A stretch of 64,000 nucleotides of DNA. Origin: the human T2T-CHM13v2.0 reference genome, Homo sapiens. Location of the stretch: assembly GCF_009914755.1 (NCBI RefSeq), contig NC_060933.1, one strand, 5' to 3'. The notes under the pieces are model-generated. The model was given only the letters and a program-made list of their open reading frames with translations, did not search any database and was not told where the DNA came from. The position numbers and the translations under genes are program-made. Positions 32,195-47,680 of the stretch are shown here, in pieces; within the stretch, counting starts at the first letter, position 1, and each line of letters starts with the position of its first letter.

Positions 32195-34671
32195 GTGGTT
32201 ATTTATGTGTGTGTGTAGTTTCTGTATGTAGTTTACATGTGTGTGTAGCTCGTGTGTATGGTTTATATTGTGTGTACAGTTTGTGTGTGTGGTTTATGTG
32301 CATGTGCATACTTTGCATATGTAGTTTATATGTGTGTAGTCTGTGTGTTTAGTTTATGTGTGTATAGTTTGCATGTGTAGTTTATATGTGTGTAGTTTAT
32401 GTGTGTATACTTTGTGTGTGTGGTTTATATGTGTGTGTGTAGTTTGTGTGTGTATGATTTATATGAATGGGTAGTTTGTGTGTGAAGTTTATGTGTGTAT
32501 AGTTTGTGTGTGTGGTTTATATGGGTGTGTATAGTTTGCATAGTTTGTATGTGTGTGTATAGTTTCTGTGTGCAGTTTATGTGTGTGTAGTTTGTGTGTG
32601 TGGTTTATATGTGTGTGTAGTTTGTGTGTGTATCGTTTATATGAATGTGTAGTTTCTGAAGTTTATGTATGTGTAGTTTGTGTGTGTGGTTTATATGTGT
32701 GTGTAGAGTTTGTGTGTGTAGTTTGTGTGTGTGGTTTATATGTGTGTGTAGAGTTTGTGTGTGTAGTTTGTGTGTGATTTATGTGTGTGTAGTTTATGTA
32801 TGTGTAGTTTGTGTGAGTGGTTTATATGTGTGTGTATAGTTTCTGTGTGTAGTTTATGTATGTGTAGTTTGTGTGTGTGGTTTATATGTGTATCATTTCT
32901 GTGTGTAGTTTACATGTGTGTACTTTGTGTGTGGGATTTATATGTGTGTGTATAGTTTGCATGTGTAGTTTATGTGTGTGTACTTTGTGTGTGTGATTTA
33001 TATGTGTGTGTATAGTTTGTGTGTGCAGTTTACATGTGTGTACTTTGTGTGTGTGGTTTATATGTGTGTATAGTTTGTGTAGTTTATGAAAGTGTACTTT
33101 GTGTGTGTGGTTTATATGTGCGTGTAGTTTGTGTGTGTAGTTTATGTGTTTGTGTATAGTTTGTGTATGTGATTTATATATGTGTGTGTGGTTCGTGTGT
33201 ACTTTATGTGTGTGTACTTTGTGTGTGTGGTTTATTTGTGTGTGTATAGTTTGTGTGTGCAGTTTACATGTGTATACTTTGTGTGTGATTTATATGTGTG
33301 TATAGTTTGTGTGTGTAGTTTATGAATGTGTACTTTGTGTGGTTTATATGTGCATGTAGTTTGTGTGTGTAGTTTATGTGTGTGTGTATAGTTTGTGTAT
33401 GTGGTTTGTATGTGTGTGTGGTTTGTGTGTAGTTTATGTGTGTGCACTTTGTGTGTGTATAGTTTGTGTGTGCAGTTTACATGTGTGTACTTTGCGTGTG
33501 TGGTTTATATGTGTATGTAGTTTGTGTGTGTAGTTTATGTGTTTGTGTATAGTTTGTGTATGTGGTTTATATGTGTGTGTGTAGTTTGTGTATAGTTTAT
33601 GTGTGTGTACTTTGTGTGTGTGGTTTATATGTATGTGTATGGTTTGTGTGTGTGGTTTATATGTGTGTGTGGTTTGTGTGTATAGTTTGGGTGTACTTTG
33701 TGTGTGTTTTTATATGTGTGAACAGTTTGTGTGTGTAGTTTATGTGTGTGTGTTTTGTGTGGTTTATGTGTGTGTGTGGTTTATGTGTGTAGTTTGTGTG
33801 TGAATAGTTTGTGTATCATTTATATGTATGTGTAGTTTGTGTGTGAAGTTCATGTGTGTGTAGTTTGTGTGTGTGGTTTATGTGTGTGTACTTTGTGTGT
33901 GTGGTTTATATCTGTGTGTAGTTTGTGTGTGTAGTTTATGTATGTGTGTAGTTCACAGGTGTAGGTGTAGTATGTGCCGTGTGTGTGCATGTGGGTGATT
34001 TGTGTGTGTATAGTGTGTAGTTTATATGTGCATGTATAGTGCATGTATGATTTGTGTGTATAGGTTGTGTGAGTAGTTTATGTGTGTGTAATTTACATAT
34101 GCATGTGTAGTGTGTCTGCCTTTGTGATTTCTGTGTGTAGTTTATATATGCCTGTGTAGTGAAGGAATGTGTGATTTTTGTGTGTATAGTTGACGTGTGT
34201 GGTGTGTGTGCGTGTATATGATTTGTGTGTGTGTGGTTTAGATGTGCGTGTATGGTGTGTGCCATGATTTGTGTGTGTGTATTATGTGTGTGTATGATGT
34301 GTGTGATATGTGTGTGTGTGGTGTGTGTGATTTGTGTGTGTGGTCCCCATGTGCATGTGTGGTGTGTCTGATGTGTGTGGTTTGTGTGTGTGGTTTAAGT
34401 GTGTGTGTAGTGTGTGTGATTTGTATGTGGCTTACATGTGCGTGTATGGTGCATGTGGTGTGTGATTGTGTGTGGTTTACATGTGCATGTGTGGTGTATC
34501 TGATGTGTGTGATTTGTGTGTGTGGTTTACGTGTGTGTGGTGTGTGATTGTGTGTGTGGTTTACATGTACGTGTGTGGTGTGTCTGATGTGTGTGATTTG
34601 TGTGTGTGGCTTATGTGTGTGTGTGATTTGTGTGTGTGGTTTGCATGTGCATGTGTGGTGTGTGTGTGTGT
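32195..34671. repeat. ~2.5-kb degenerate GT-rich mini/microsatellite
   Basis: Short (GT)n runs punctuated by AGTTT/GGTTT/ACTTT; very little C on the + strand. Confidence 0.95.
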
Positions 34672-34829
34672 CCCCTTACACCCCCTTCTCACCCACCTGC
34701 AGACGCCCTCGGCGCTGCACCTGCCACACTGAGCAGCCTGTCTGTCCTCCCGTGCTCTGACTCCCTGAGTTCTCCCCAGTCCCCCCAGGCCCCCTAGGCT
34801 CCCCAGGTTCCCCACGGCCACATGATGCC

Positions 34830-35300
34830 CCGCGCTGTGGCTGTTCCCATTTGCACAGCCCTGCCTGGTGAATGAGCACTCAGGTCGTTCCCAGTGTCTC
34901 GCTGTGACAAATGAGGCTGTGCTGCATCCCTCAAGCATGCACTGTTCCCTGTTTGCAGAGGTGTCACCTCGGGGGAAATTCCTAGAAATGGAATCGCTGG
35001 GTCAAGGGGCAAAGCCAGTGTAATTTTGTTAGCTACTGCCACCTTCCGCTCCCTCGGGTGGACAGTTTCCCTCCTAGTGTCTGAGGGAGCCAGTTTCCCA
35101 CGGCCTCCTCCACCGCAGTCGCGCTTTTGAATCGCTGCCAGTCTGATATGTGAGAAACTGCATCTCTGCATAGCTTGTATTTGCATTTCTTTACTACGAG
35201 CCTCTTTCCCTATATTTCAGAGCCATTTGTAATCTTGTTCTACACATTCTGTCCATGGATTTTACCTACTTCTCTGTAGAGTTTCCGGGGTTTTCCCATT
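34830..35300 (-). mobile_element. Ancient L1ME-like fragment
   Basis: cctagaaatggaatcgctgggtcaaggg...ttgcatttctttactacgag; reverse ORF LPLDPAIPFLGISP resembles the L1 ORF2 C-terminus. Confidence 0.65.
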
Positions 35301-36132
35301 GGCTTGAGTGAGCCACGCACACAGGGAGCCAGAGGCAAAGGGGACGTGAGACCTGCCCACGGGAGGATCAAGGAGGCCCCACAGACGGCCTGGGGAAGCC
35401 CACCCAGCTGGGAGACAGTGGGCGCGTCGCCTTGGCTCTGGAAGCAGGCGGAAAAGCAGAAAAAGGTCACCCCAGGAAATTCCAGTCACAAGCCCACCTC
35501 AGGGGCAGTGTGGCCAGAACTCACGCTCACTGGATGACTGGAAAAACCCCAGGCCAAAAATTTAGTTTGAGGGAGTCCTGGCAACCCAAGCTTCTGGGAG
35601 AAGCAAAGGCAAAACCTTTCCAGAGAAAGTCGTTGGAAACTTGGACCTCAGAGAATCCTCGCAGACGGGGGTCCGGGGAACGCAGCCTTGCCACCTTACA
35701 AGTTACCCACACGCAGGAGAAAATCTGCCCTCCCCAGGACAGGAGCCCCCCGCAACGGCGTCTGGGAAACGTTAGGTCCACTCTGCCAGCCACAAGGCCC
35801 CTGGAAGCAGCGTGGCCTGGGTGCAAAGCAGCCGACACCTCACCCGCGCCCCTGGGCCTCCTGAGGAAGAAAGCCCCAGGTCCCAGAGTGCCTGTGCGGC
35901 CCCTCATCTCCCTGCATGACAGCCCCTTTGGCTGTGACCTGGGGGAAAGAAATTGAATCCCATCATTTGGGACTTTCACTTAAAACTCAAAGTTCTGAGC
36001 TTTGGCTTTTAAATGGTGAGGGCAAGAAAATGCATTTTCACTTTAAAGTCTAGCAACTGTAATTGGCAAGGGCGTTTGACCTACAGACTTCTTCGATCAA
36101 GTAATACAGGAATGGAAGAGCCCCCCACGTTT

Positions 36133-36470
36133 GGGCCACTGTGTGTCACAGTCTTGCCGTCACCACGGCGGAGCTGCAATGCCGCGTGACTGTGCAGTGG
36201 ACACCGCGTGGGGCCGCCGTGTGTCACAGTCTTGCCGTCACCACGGCGGAGCTGCAATGCCACGTGACTGTGCAGTGGACACCGCGTGGGGCCGCCGTGT
36301 GTCACAGGTCTTGCCATTGCCACGGCAGTGCTGCAATGTCATGTGACTGTGCAGTGGACACCGCGTGGGGCCGCCGTGTGTCACAGTCTTGCCAACGCCA
36401 CGGCACAGCTGCAATGTCACGTGACCATGCAGCTGGACACCGCATGACCGTGCAGCTGGATACCACGTGG
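36133..36470. repeat. CpG-rich minisatellite, 78-bp unit, ~4 copies
   Basis: gtgtgtcacag unit starts at 36141, 36219, 36297 and 36376. Confidence 0.95.
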
Positions 36471-36539
36471 ACGGCGGGTGGGAGGCATGAGTTCCAGCTT
36501 CGGCACAAAGGAGCTTTGCGTCAGTTTCATTAATCCTGG

Positions 36540-37270
36540 TGTAACCGCCCAGTGTGTTCACCTCGCCGGCTGCCTAGACACAGCCGATTTATCAAGACAG
36601 GGGAATTGCAAAGGAGAAGGAGTTACTCACGCAGAGCCAGCTGTGCGGGAGACCAGAGTTTTATTATTACTCAAAAGGGTCTCCCCGAGCATTTGGGGAT
36701 CAGAGTTTTTAAAGATAATTTGGCAGGTAGGGGCTCAGAAAGTGGGGAATGCTGGTTGGTCCGTTTGGAGATGGATTCATAGGGGGTCAAAGTGAGTTTT
36801 TCTTGCTGTCTTCTGTTCCTGGGTGGGATGGCGGAACTGGTTGAGCCAGATGACTGGTCTAGGTGGTGTCAGCTGATCCATGAGTGCGGGGTCTGCAGAA
36901 TATCCCCAGCACTGATCTCAGGTTTTACAATAGTGAGGTGATCCCCAGAAGCAATTTGGGGAGGTTCAGACTCTCACAGCCGGAGGCCACAAGACCCCTA
37001 AACCATAATTTCTAATCTTGCAGCTAATTTGTTAGTCCTACAAAGGCAGACTGGTCCTCAGGCAAGAAGGGGGTCTATTCGGGAAAGGGCTGTTACCAAT
37101 TTTGTTTCAGAGTCAAACCATGAACTGAATTCCTTCCCAAAGTTAGTTCGGCCTACGCCCAGGGATGAATAAGGACAGCTTAAAGGTTAGAAGGAATATG
37201 GAGTCGGTTAGGTCTGATTTCTTTCACTGTCATCATTTCCTCAGTTATAATTTTTGCAAAGGCAGTTTCA
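36540..37270 (-). mobile_element. LTR8-family (ERV1) solo LTR, full length
   Basis: Reverse strand starts tgaaactgcctttgcaaaaattataactgagg and ends ...gggcggttaca; AATAAA present on the minus strand. Confidence 0.85.
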
Positions 37271-37940
37271 TGGGGGGTAAACCCAAACGGCCCCCTGCAG
37301 TCCTGGGAGTGGCTTCATGAAGGGGACCCCGACAGTTCTCCTCTCCCTAGGGGCGGCCCCCCAGCTCACCACAAGTGTGACCACGAGGCCCTTGGGTAGG
37401 GCAACAAAAGGCCAGGGAAGGTGGGGGTGTCCTCCCCAACTCCCGAGCCTCCTTCCACGTGGAGAAAACTGATTTCTCCAACCCCTGCCTCTCTCCCACC
37501 ATTTGTCACCCACCCCCACGCAGGGAGGGATTGGCAAATCCAGGCGGGGTCTGCAGGGCAGGCTGAGCTCACTCTCCGATGCCACCTGCAGGGGTGGCCT
37601 GCTCTGCTGAACAGGTGGGGGCTCCCTGGAGGCTGGCCTGGGCTGCGCCTTTGGGCAGGTGGCCCCTCCACTCTGGGGTTCAGGGAAGGCCCCCTTGGCC
37701 TTCACTCTGAGCCACGTCCTCCGACCAGCCTCCATTGGGAATAACGGGCAGCCTGGCATTACAGCCTCTGTGGGCCCCTCCTCTGGGCTAAAGTATTACG
37801 AATGATGTTTCATAACTGCGTTGGTAGAAAGATGACTGTAGCCCAGGCTGCACTGTGTTTATTCTGATTTTAGAAGGCATTAAACCACTTTCCTGATGCC
37901 TAAAAGTCTCCTGGGCCCTGGCACTAAGCCTGCTACACCC

Positions 37941-38851
37941 TGTGAAAGGAAAATCCATCTCAGGCCCCAAAATTACCAAGCCAAGGGAAGAGTCAAGCTG
38001 GGTACTGCTCAGGCAAACCTGCCTCCCAGTCCACTCCTGAATAAGATGGCTACAGAGACTAAAAAGCCACCACCTCCCTCAAAATTTGCCCAGAAGGAAA
38101 TTCCTCGTAGACAAATGACAGACAGGACCCAAAGCCATCCCTCTGCTCCCCTGAGACAAATCCATATCTGATGGCTTCCTCTGCCCTATTGTTGATATAA
38201 AAATACAGATTCCCTGAGCCAGACTAAATTGTGTTTCAGTGGGAGGCCGATCAAGGTCTCGAAAGAATGCAACAGTTTGTCTCTTACCTACTTATGACCT
38301 GGAAGTCCCCCACCCCCGCAAGTTGTCAAGCTGCCCCGCCTTACCTGACCAAACAAACGTACATCTTACACATATTGATTGATGTCTCATGTCCCCCTAA
38401 AATGTATAAAAGAAAGCATGGTGGCTCATGCCTGTAATCCCAGCACTTTGGGAGACCGAGGTGGGTGGATGACGAGGTCAGGAGCTCGAGACCAGCCTGG
38501 CCAAGATGGTGAAACCCCGTCTCTACTAAAAATACAAAAACTTAGCCATGCATGGTACCATGCGCCTATAATCCTAGGTACTGGGGAGGCTGGGGCAGAG
38601 AATTGCTTGAACCCGGGAGACGGAGGTTGCAGTGAGCCGAGATCACACCACTGCACTCCAGCCTGAGCAACAGAGTGAGACTCTATCTCAATAAAATAAA
38701 ATAAAATAAAAATAAAAGCAAACTGTACCCTGACCACCTTGGGCACATGTCGTCAAAACCTCCTGAGGCTGTGTCACAGGCCCTTACTTCACCTTGGCAA
38801 AATAAGTGTTTTAAATTTATCGAGACCTGTCTCAGATACCCTTTGGTTTAC
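37941..38851 (+). mobile_element. MER4 (A/B-like) solo LTR split by an Alu
   Basis: Starts tgtgaaaggaaaatccatctcaggccccaaa; ends cctttggtttaca; approximate TSD accc/acct. Confidence 0.85.
38416..38716 (+). mobile_element. AluS inserted just after the LTR TATA box
   Basis: Alu dimer lacking its first few nt, directly after tgtataaaag; (AAAAT)n tail. Confidence 0.9.
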
Positions 38852-39169
38852 AACCTGATGGAGGGGTTGGCATTGATAGAAGGGTTTTGGGTTTCCAGCA
38901 CCTGCCTTCATGCCTTACTTCTCAGTGGGCTCAGGACTCAGAATGGAAAAGAGTCCCAGGAGACCCCAGTAACTCTTCAACTCTTTTACTCTCACTGTTT
39001 TCTCTCCTTTACAGCAGACACCACTATCTGCAAAGGGTCCTGTTTGCTGCCCCTGCCTGCCAGGAAGCACAGCCTAGATGGCAGTGTCCATGACTGTCCT
39101 GAGTAACCACTGGGTCCCCAGCATCTCAGCTTCACAGCTGTTCTGTAAAGACCTTCAGACGGAGGGACG

Positions 39170-39712
39170 AGGCGGGTGGGTGGGTGGATGGATGGATGGA
39201 TGCATGGATGGGTGGGTGGGTGGATTGATGGATGGATGCATGGATGGGTGGATGGGTGGATAGGTGAGTGGGTGGGTGGATGGATGAGTGGGTGCATGGG
39301 CAGGTATGTGGATAGGTGGAAGTATGGGTAGATGGATGGGTGGATGGATGGGTCAATAGGTGGATGGGTGGGTGGGTGAATGGATGGATGGATGGATGGA
39401 TGCATGGATGGATGGATGAGTGGATGGATGCATGAATGGATAGATGGATGGTGGATGGATGGGTGAGTAGGTGGATGGAGAGATGGGGGAATGGATGGAT
39501 AGATGAACAAATAAGTGATGGATGGGTGGGTGTATGGATGGATGGGTGGGTGTATATATGGATGGGCGGGTGGATGGGTGGGTGGGTGGATGGGTGGGTG
39601 GGTGGATGGATGGATGTGTAGATGGGTGGATGGATAAGTGGATGGATGGGTGAATGGGTGGATAAGTAGATGAATGGGTGGGTGGAGAAATACATGAGTA
39701 TGTGGATGAATA
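39170..39712. repeat. (GGAT/GGGT)n degenerate tetranucleotide array
   Basis: ~540 bp of tgga/tggg units. Confidence 0.95.
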
Positions 39713-41899
39713 GGTTACAGAGTAAAATGCCACCACCAGAGCAGTGCAACAGCGTGCTTTGCACTCAGCTCTGCCATGGAAAAAGTGGTTCCTTCCCAGG
39801 CTCTCACCAGGCTCACATGGGCTCCAGACCCCTGCACCCCCAACCAGACTGGGGACACAGGGACTGTCTGCTCAGCTCTGCATCCATGCACCTGGTCAAC
39901 ACCAAGTGAGTCACAGGGAACCAGGTGGCCTGAGAGAAGGACCCATGACAGATGGCCTCAGCCATGTCACTAGGAGGCTTGGGTCCCAGTCCTGTGGCCC
40001 CACCAGCCAAGAGCTTGTGGACATTCAGAATCAGGCTTGCTGGTTTAAGCCCGGGCATGCAGCACCAAGACTGTCTGCCCATGGGCTCTCTGGGTCAGGC
40101 CCTGCCTGACTCAGTCCCTGCATCACCAGTGCCAGGCCAGGCACAGACAGGCTCAGTGGGGTGGGCTAAGTAGTGCTGGGGACCCAAACCAGGCATCAGA
40201 GGGATTGAGATGCCCCCAGGCTGACTCCCACTCAAGCGGGTCCCCCCGCCTCCCCCCGAGCCCATCCCCTCTGTCCACCTGCTGCCACTCTGACAGCTAC
40301 AACCCACCCAGGCTTGGGGCTGCCTGGACTCTGCCTATAACTTCACAGGCTCACTCCCATGCTGTCCTTCACACCTGGAGAAGTGCCAAGGTTACCAGTG
40401 CCACAGAACAAACAGCTGCATGCACTCTGCACCCTGCTCAGCCATTGAGACAGCAGATCCTGTAGCTTTGGGCAGTTCCCACATCCTTCCAGTCCTGATC
40501 TTTCCCCTGGAAGCCAAGGAGCATTCAGTGCCTTCTCTACGTGCTCTTGGCCCCTGTCCACAACAAAGGCCACAGGTCCCTTGTTGTGGAACTATGAGTG
40601 AACCCAGCGTTCTCCCCAGGGACCCCAGCACAAAACGGGCTCTCAACACACATGAGTGAATAAAACTGTCCCAGAAAGCGGGAGACTTTACACAGTGGCT
40701 ACAATGTCCCTAGTACACTGCCACAGTCCAGAAGGGAGAGAAGGGGCTGTGCACACCAGGAAGCCAGAAGCCCACATGCACCTGCCCAGGGTCTGTGCAT
40801 GGAGCTCCGGCAGGTCCAATCTCTTGGCCTTCAGAATAATGATGTAAATACAGGGACAAAGATGGAGCAGGTGCCACTCAATGTGCAAACCCTCCCCCTT
40901 CTTCTGGTGAGGCCAGAAGTACCTAGGTAGGAGCAGCCCCTACCTCCGACCACCTCCCTCCCTGCAGTGGGAATAGCAGCCCAATCCCCAGGCTGCAGGG
41001 ATCCACAGGCCATGCAAGTGTGGCTCTACCCCCAGCATGCCCTGGTGCGAAGCTGTGCCCAGAGAGATGTTATCTGCACCCCAGACTGCCTGTGGTGCTG
41101 CAGAGTGGTGCTGAGGAGAGAGCAGGGCACACCTGGAGTCTGTATCACCTGCCTTCCCTAGGGAGTCTTGGGCCCTCTCCACATTCAAGGCGAGGGGAGC
41201 AGAGGATCTCCACGAAGACCCCCTGAGCACATCCCTTCTCTTTTTGCTGATAGACAACCCAAGGCTTAAGGGGCTTTGGAACCAAGACATGGTCACTGAC
41301 GTTAGAGGAATGGCTCGCTCTCCCTCCTGCATCCCTACCTGGTAAGGGGGGGCAATTGACCCTTTCCAAAGCACCCTGGTTGCTGTAGGAAGGAGAATGG
41401 AGACATCAGGCTGAGCCCACTGGCCTCCTTCAGCGCTCGGGCTCTCCCCTGCAGACAGCCTTCCTCAGCAGCCGCACAGCTCAGGGCTTCTCCTCCCTGG
41501 GTGCCAGTAAGCCCAGGTAAGCCTCTGGCTGCCCAGCAATTCCAATACCCAGAGGGAGGAGCCAACAGGGCAGGCCACGTTCTCACCAAGCCATCTGCAG
41601 AGGGGTCAGGTCCACCCTGAGTCCTCCCTTCTCAGTAACAAGCTGCTGCTGTGTTTTCCATTGTCCCACAGCTGATTTGTCAGTCGGTGCAATCACAGCG
41701 AGGACAAACACTAATGCCCCTCCTGAGACCTCTCTTCCAGCTGATGGTGTGGACCTTGACTCCACAGCAGGTGTCTGCAGGCCCTCCAGCTGGCCCTCGG
41801 TAGCCTGGAGTGGCTCGTCCTGGACAGACTCACCGCTATGACGCAGGGGGAACTGCCAGGAGTCCCTGAGCGAGGTGATCTGAGAAATGCCATGGCAGT

Positions 41900-42040
41900 G
41901 TTCTAAGCCAGCAGCCTGGCTTACCCACAACCTCTCTGCTGTGTGACCTTGAGCAAGTGCCTTAACCTCTCTGAGCCTCAGCTTGCCCCTCTGTTAAAGA
42001 ATGATCATATATGACACCTAGCAAGGTTATGTGGAGTATC
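41900..42040. mobile_element. MIR fragment
   Basis: gctgtgtgaccttgagcaagtgccttaacctctctgagcctcag MIR core. Confidence 0.75.
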
Positions 42041-42066
42041 AGCAACAAGGAATCCACTGCAGCCAG

Positions 42067-42691
42067 TGTTGCAGGTGCAACTGGCTGGGGCTGGTGTCAC
42101 GGGTGGTAAAAGAATTTACCGAGACAGTCATGGGTAAAGAAAGTCTGAAGACACCTTGCAAGAGAACAGCAGGCAGCATGGCAGAGAGAAGGCCACCTCC
42201 CCAGGGGCAGAGGCCAGGGGGAAGTTTGATAGGGTCACACTGGAGAGGCGACATGCAGACAGGGTCATGCTGGAGAGGCCACATGCAAACAGAGTCACGC
42301 TGGAGAGGCCACATGCAGACAGGGTCATGCTGGAGAGGCTACATGTGGAAACGGTCACACTGGAGAGGCGGCATGCAAACAGGGTCATGCTGGAGAGGCC
42401 ACATGCAGACAGGGTCACGCTGGAGAGGCAACAGGCAGACAGGGTCACGCTGGAGAGGCCCCATGCAGACAGGGTCACGCTGGAGAGGCCCCATGCAGAC
42501 AGGGTCATGCTGCTGGAGCTAACGTGCAGAGCTAGGTATTTGGTAACAGGAGATTGTGCAAGCGGGCTGCTTGTGGTTATCCATTTCTTAGAACAATGGC
42601 TCTCCCCCACCCTAGTTCATGTTCTTGCCAGCTAGGGCCTGTGGTGCCATGGAGTTGTGCAGAGGAGGGAACCCCTTCCTCATTTCTATCA
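42067..42691 (-). mobile_element. Solo LTR (LTR32-like, family uncertain) hosting a VNTR
   Basis: TG...CA bounded; tgttgcaggtgcaactggctggggctggtgtc..aaagaatttaccgagacag resembles a reversed LTR 3' end. Confidence 0.55.
42231..42512. repeat. 30-bp minisatellite, ~9.4 copies
   Basis: agggtca(t/c)gctggagaggccacatgcagac repeated at exact 30-bp spacing from 42231 to 42501. Confidence 0.97.
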
Positions 42692-44286
42692 GCTGATCGG
42701 GACTCCACAGTTTGGTTTCGCTGCATATGACAATCCCAGCAAAAGAAGCATAAACAAGAAAGAAGCTGATTTCTTTCTGAAGGGAGAATCTGGGGATGAC
42801 TGATTGAGGGTGAGGTGGCAGCTCCTCGATGTCCTCAGGGACCCAGATCCTGGCTGTCCTGCTCCTCATCCTCCACGCATGGTGTCTAGCCTCAAAGCCA
42901 CTCCATGGTCCAAGGTGGCTGCTGGTGCTCCAGCCATCAAGACCACAGGACAGGTGGAAGGAAGCTGGAAAAGTACAGGGCAGAAAAGGGCCCCTCCCAG
43001 AAGTCCCAGCTGAGTCAGCTTGTTTTTAGCCATCTTCCTGGAAGTCTCCTACAGCACTTCTGCCTTTAACCCACTGGCCACGACTTAGCAGCTCAGCTCC
43101 ACTTAGCGTCAGGGAGGAAGCTGGGAGATGCAGGTTTTCATTCCGGCCAGCTACATGCCCCGCCACGCATCAGGGTTCTGCTTCCACGGAGGAAGGGAAG
43201 AGGACCATGTCTGTACAAGAGGAGCTAGACCCACGATAAACATGAGCCACGCTAATGTTGTCAGCATCCCCAGAACAGCCAGCAACACAGCCTTACATCA
43301 CACCCAACCTCCCACCAGCCTCCAGCCCTGGGCAGCGTCCTCACTGCACCGCAGCCTAGAGAGGGAGCCAGGGTGCAAAAGGGACAGAAAGGGAGAGAAC
43401 CGGAGGCCAGGCTGACCCGAGCAGCCAGGGACAGAGGACAGACCGGGGAGGCAGATGGGAGTTCAGGGCAAGGAAAGTCTTGGGGGCTGCCTGGGGCGGG
43501 GGGAGGGAGATGTGGGGGGCAGAGGTAGGGGTGAGCTGCATCTGGGAGGGAACATGCACCCTGTTCCTAAGGAGACCCTGAGAGGCTTAGGGGAGACGGT
43601 AGCATGCAACAGCACCTGCTGCTCCCCTCTGCAGGAGGCCGACTCCACGGAGGACCATGCTCTGGCAGAGGAACCCAAATACGCATTTCTCCCACACGTC
43701 AGCCTCTCCTGGCCCCAAGGCAGGTACAGGCTCAGAGCTGGGGAACCGGCTGGAGACTTTCCTCTTTTTGCTGACTCTGCCCTGGCATATTCTGAGATAC
43801 AGGGGTCAAGACTTCAACATATGAATTTGGGGGTCACAGTTCAACCCAGCAAGCTATACAGATCTCAAGGGTGTCACTCAGGGAGTTGACAAAGGCAGAC
43901 TCCACCAAGATAAGAACCTGACCACCCCCGAGATATGTGCTCATCAGTCCCCACTGCACCCCCTCCAGAGGCGACTTTTCATTGCAGATCAGCATGACCT
44001 GTTCTAGAGCTTCCTACAGGCAGAGTCAGGCCGCACTGGCCCGCCCCAGCTCTCAGAGGCCCGCCATCACTGTGCACCCACACACCACCAGCTGTAACCC
44101 ATGCACAGGACCTCAAGGTGGGCCGGCTCAGCTGCCAACAGGAGCCAGTGGTGCTGAGGTATCCAACAGGGCAGCACATGGTCCTCCCAGGAGCCGTGGC
44201 CCAGCACCTCCTGGCCGGAACAGCCATCCTATTCAAATAAACGAGTAACAAAAATGGGCATGCTCTCCACTTCCAAAAGCAATGCT

Positions 44287-45440
<1,154 letters not shown>

Positions 45441-45479
45441 CAGTGCTATTTTCCTACAAATGAAGAAATCTCATCAGAC

Positions 45480-46605
<1,126 letters not shown>

Positions 46606-46621
46606 CTCCTTATCTAGAATT

Positions 46622-47680
<1,059 letters not shown>

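Noticed and set aside
32195-34760. Cys/Val-rich ORFs, or an interstitial telomere repeat
   Set aside because: Translations of (GT)n sequence; no TTAGGG units are present.
36081-36561. Multiple overlapping ORFs over the 78-bp repeat
   Set aside because: A by-product of a GC-rich tandem unit divisible by 3; no recognisable domain.
42031-42635. Repeat-protein-like ORFs (ERPHADRVTL)n, or a CRISPR-like array
   Set aside because: Head-to-tail 30-bp units with no unique spacers and no cas genes in eukaryotic DNA; the ORFs follow from the unit length being a multiple of 3.
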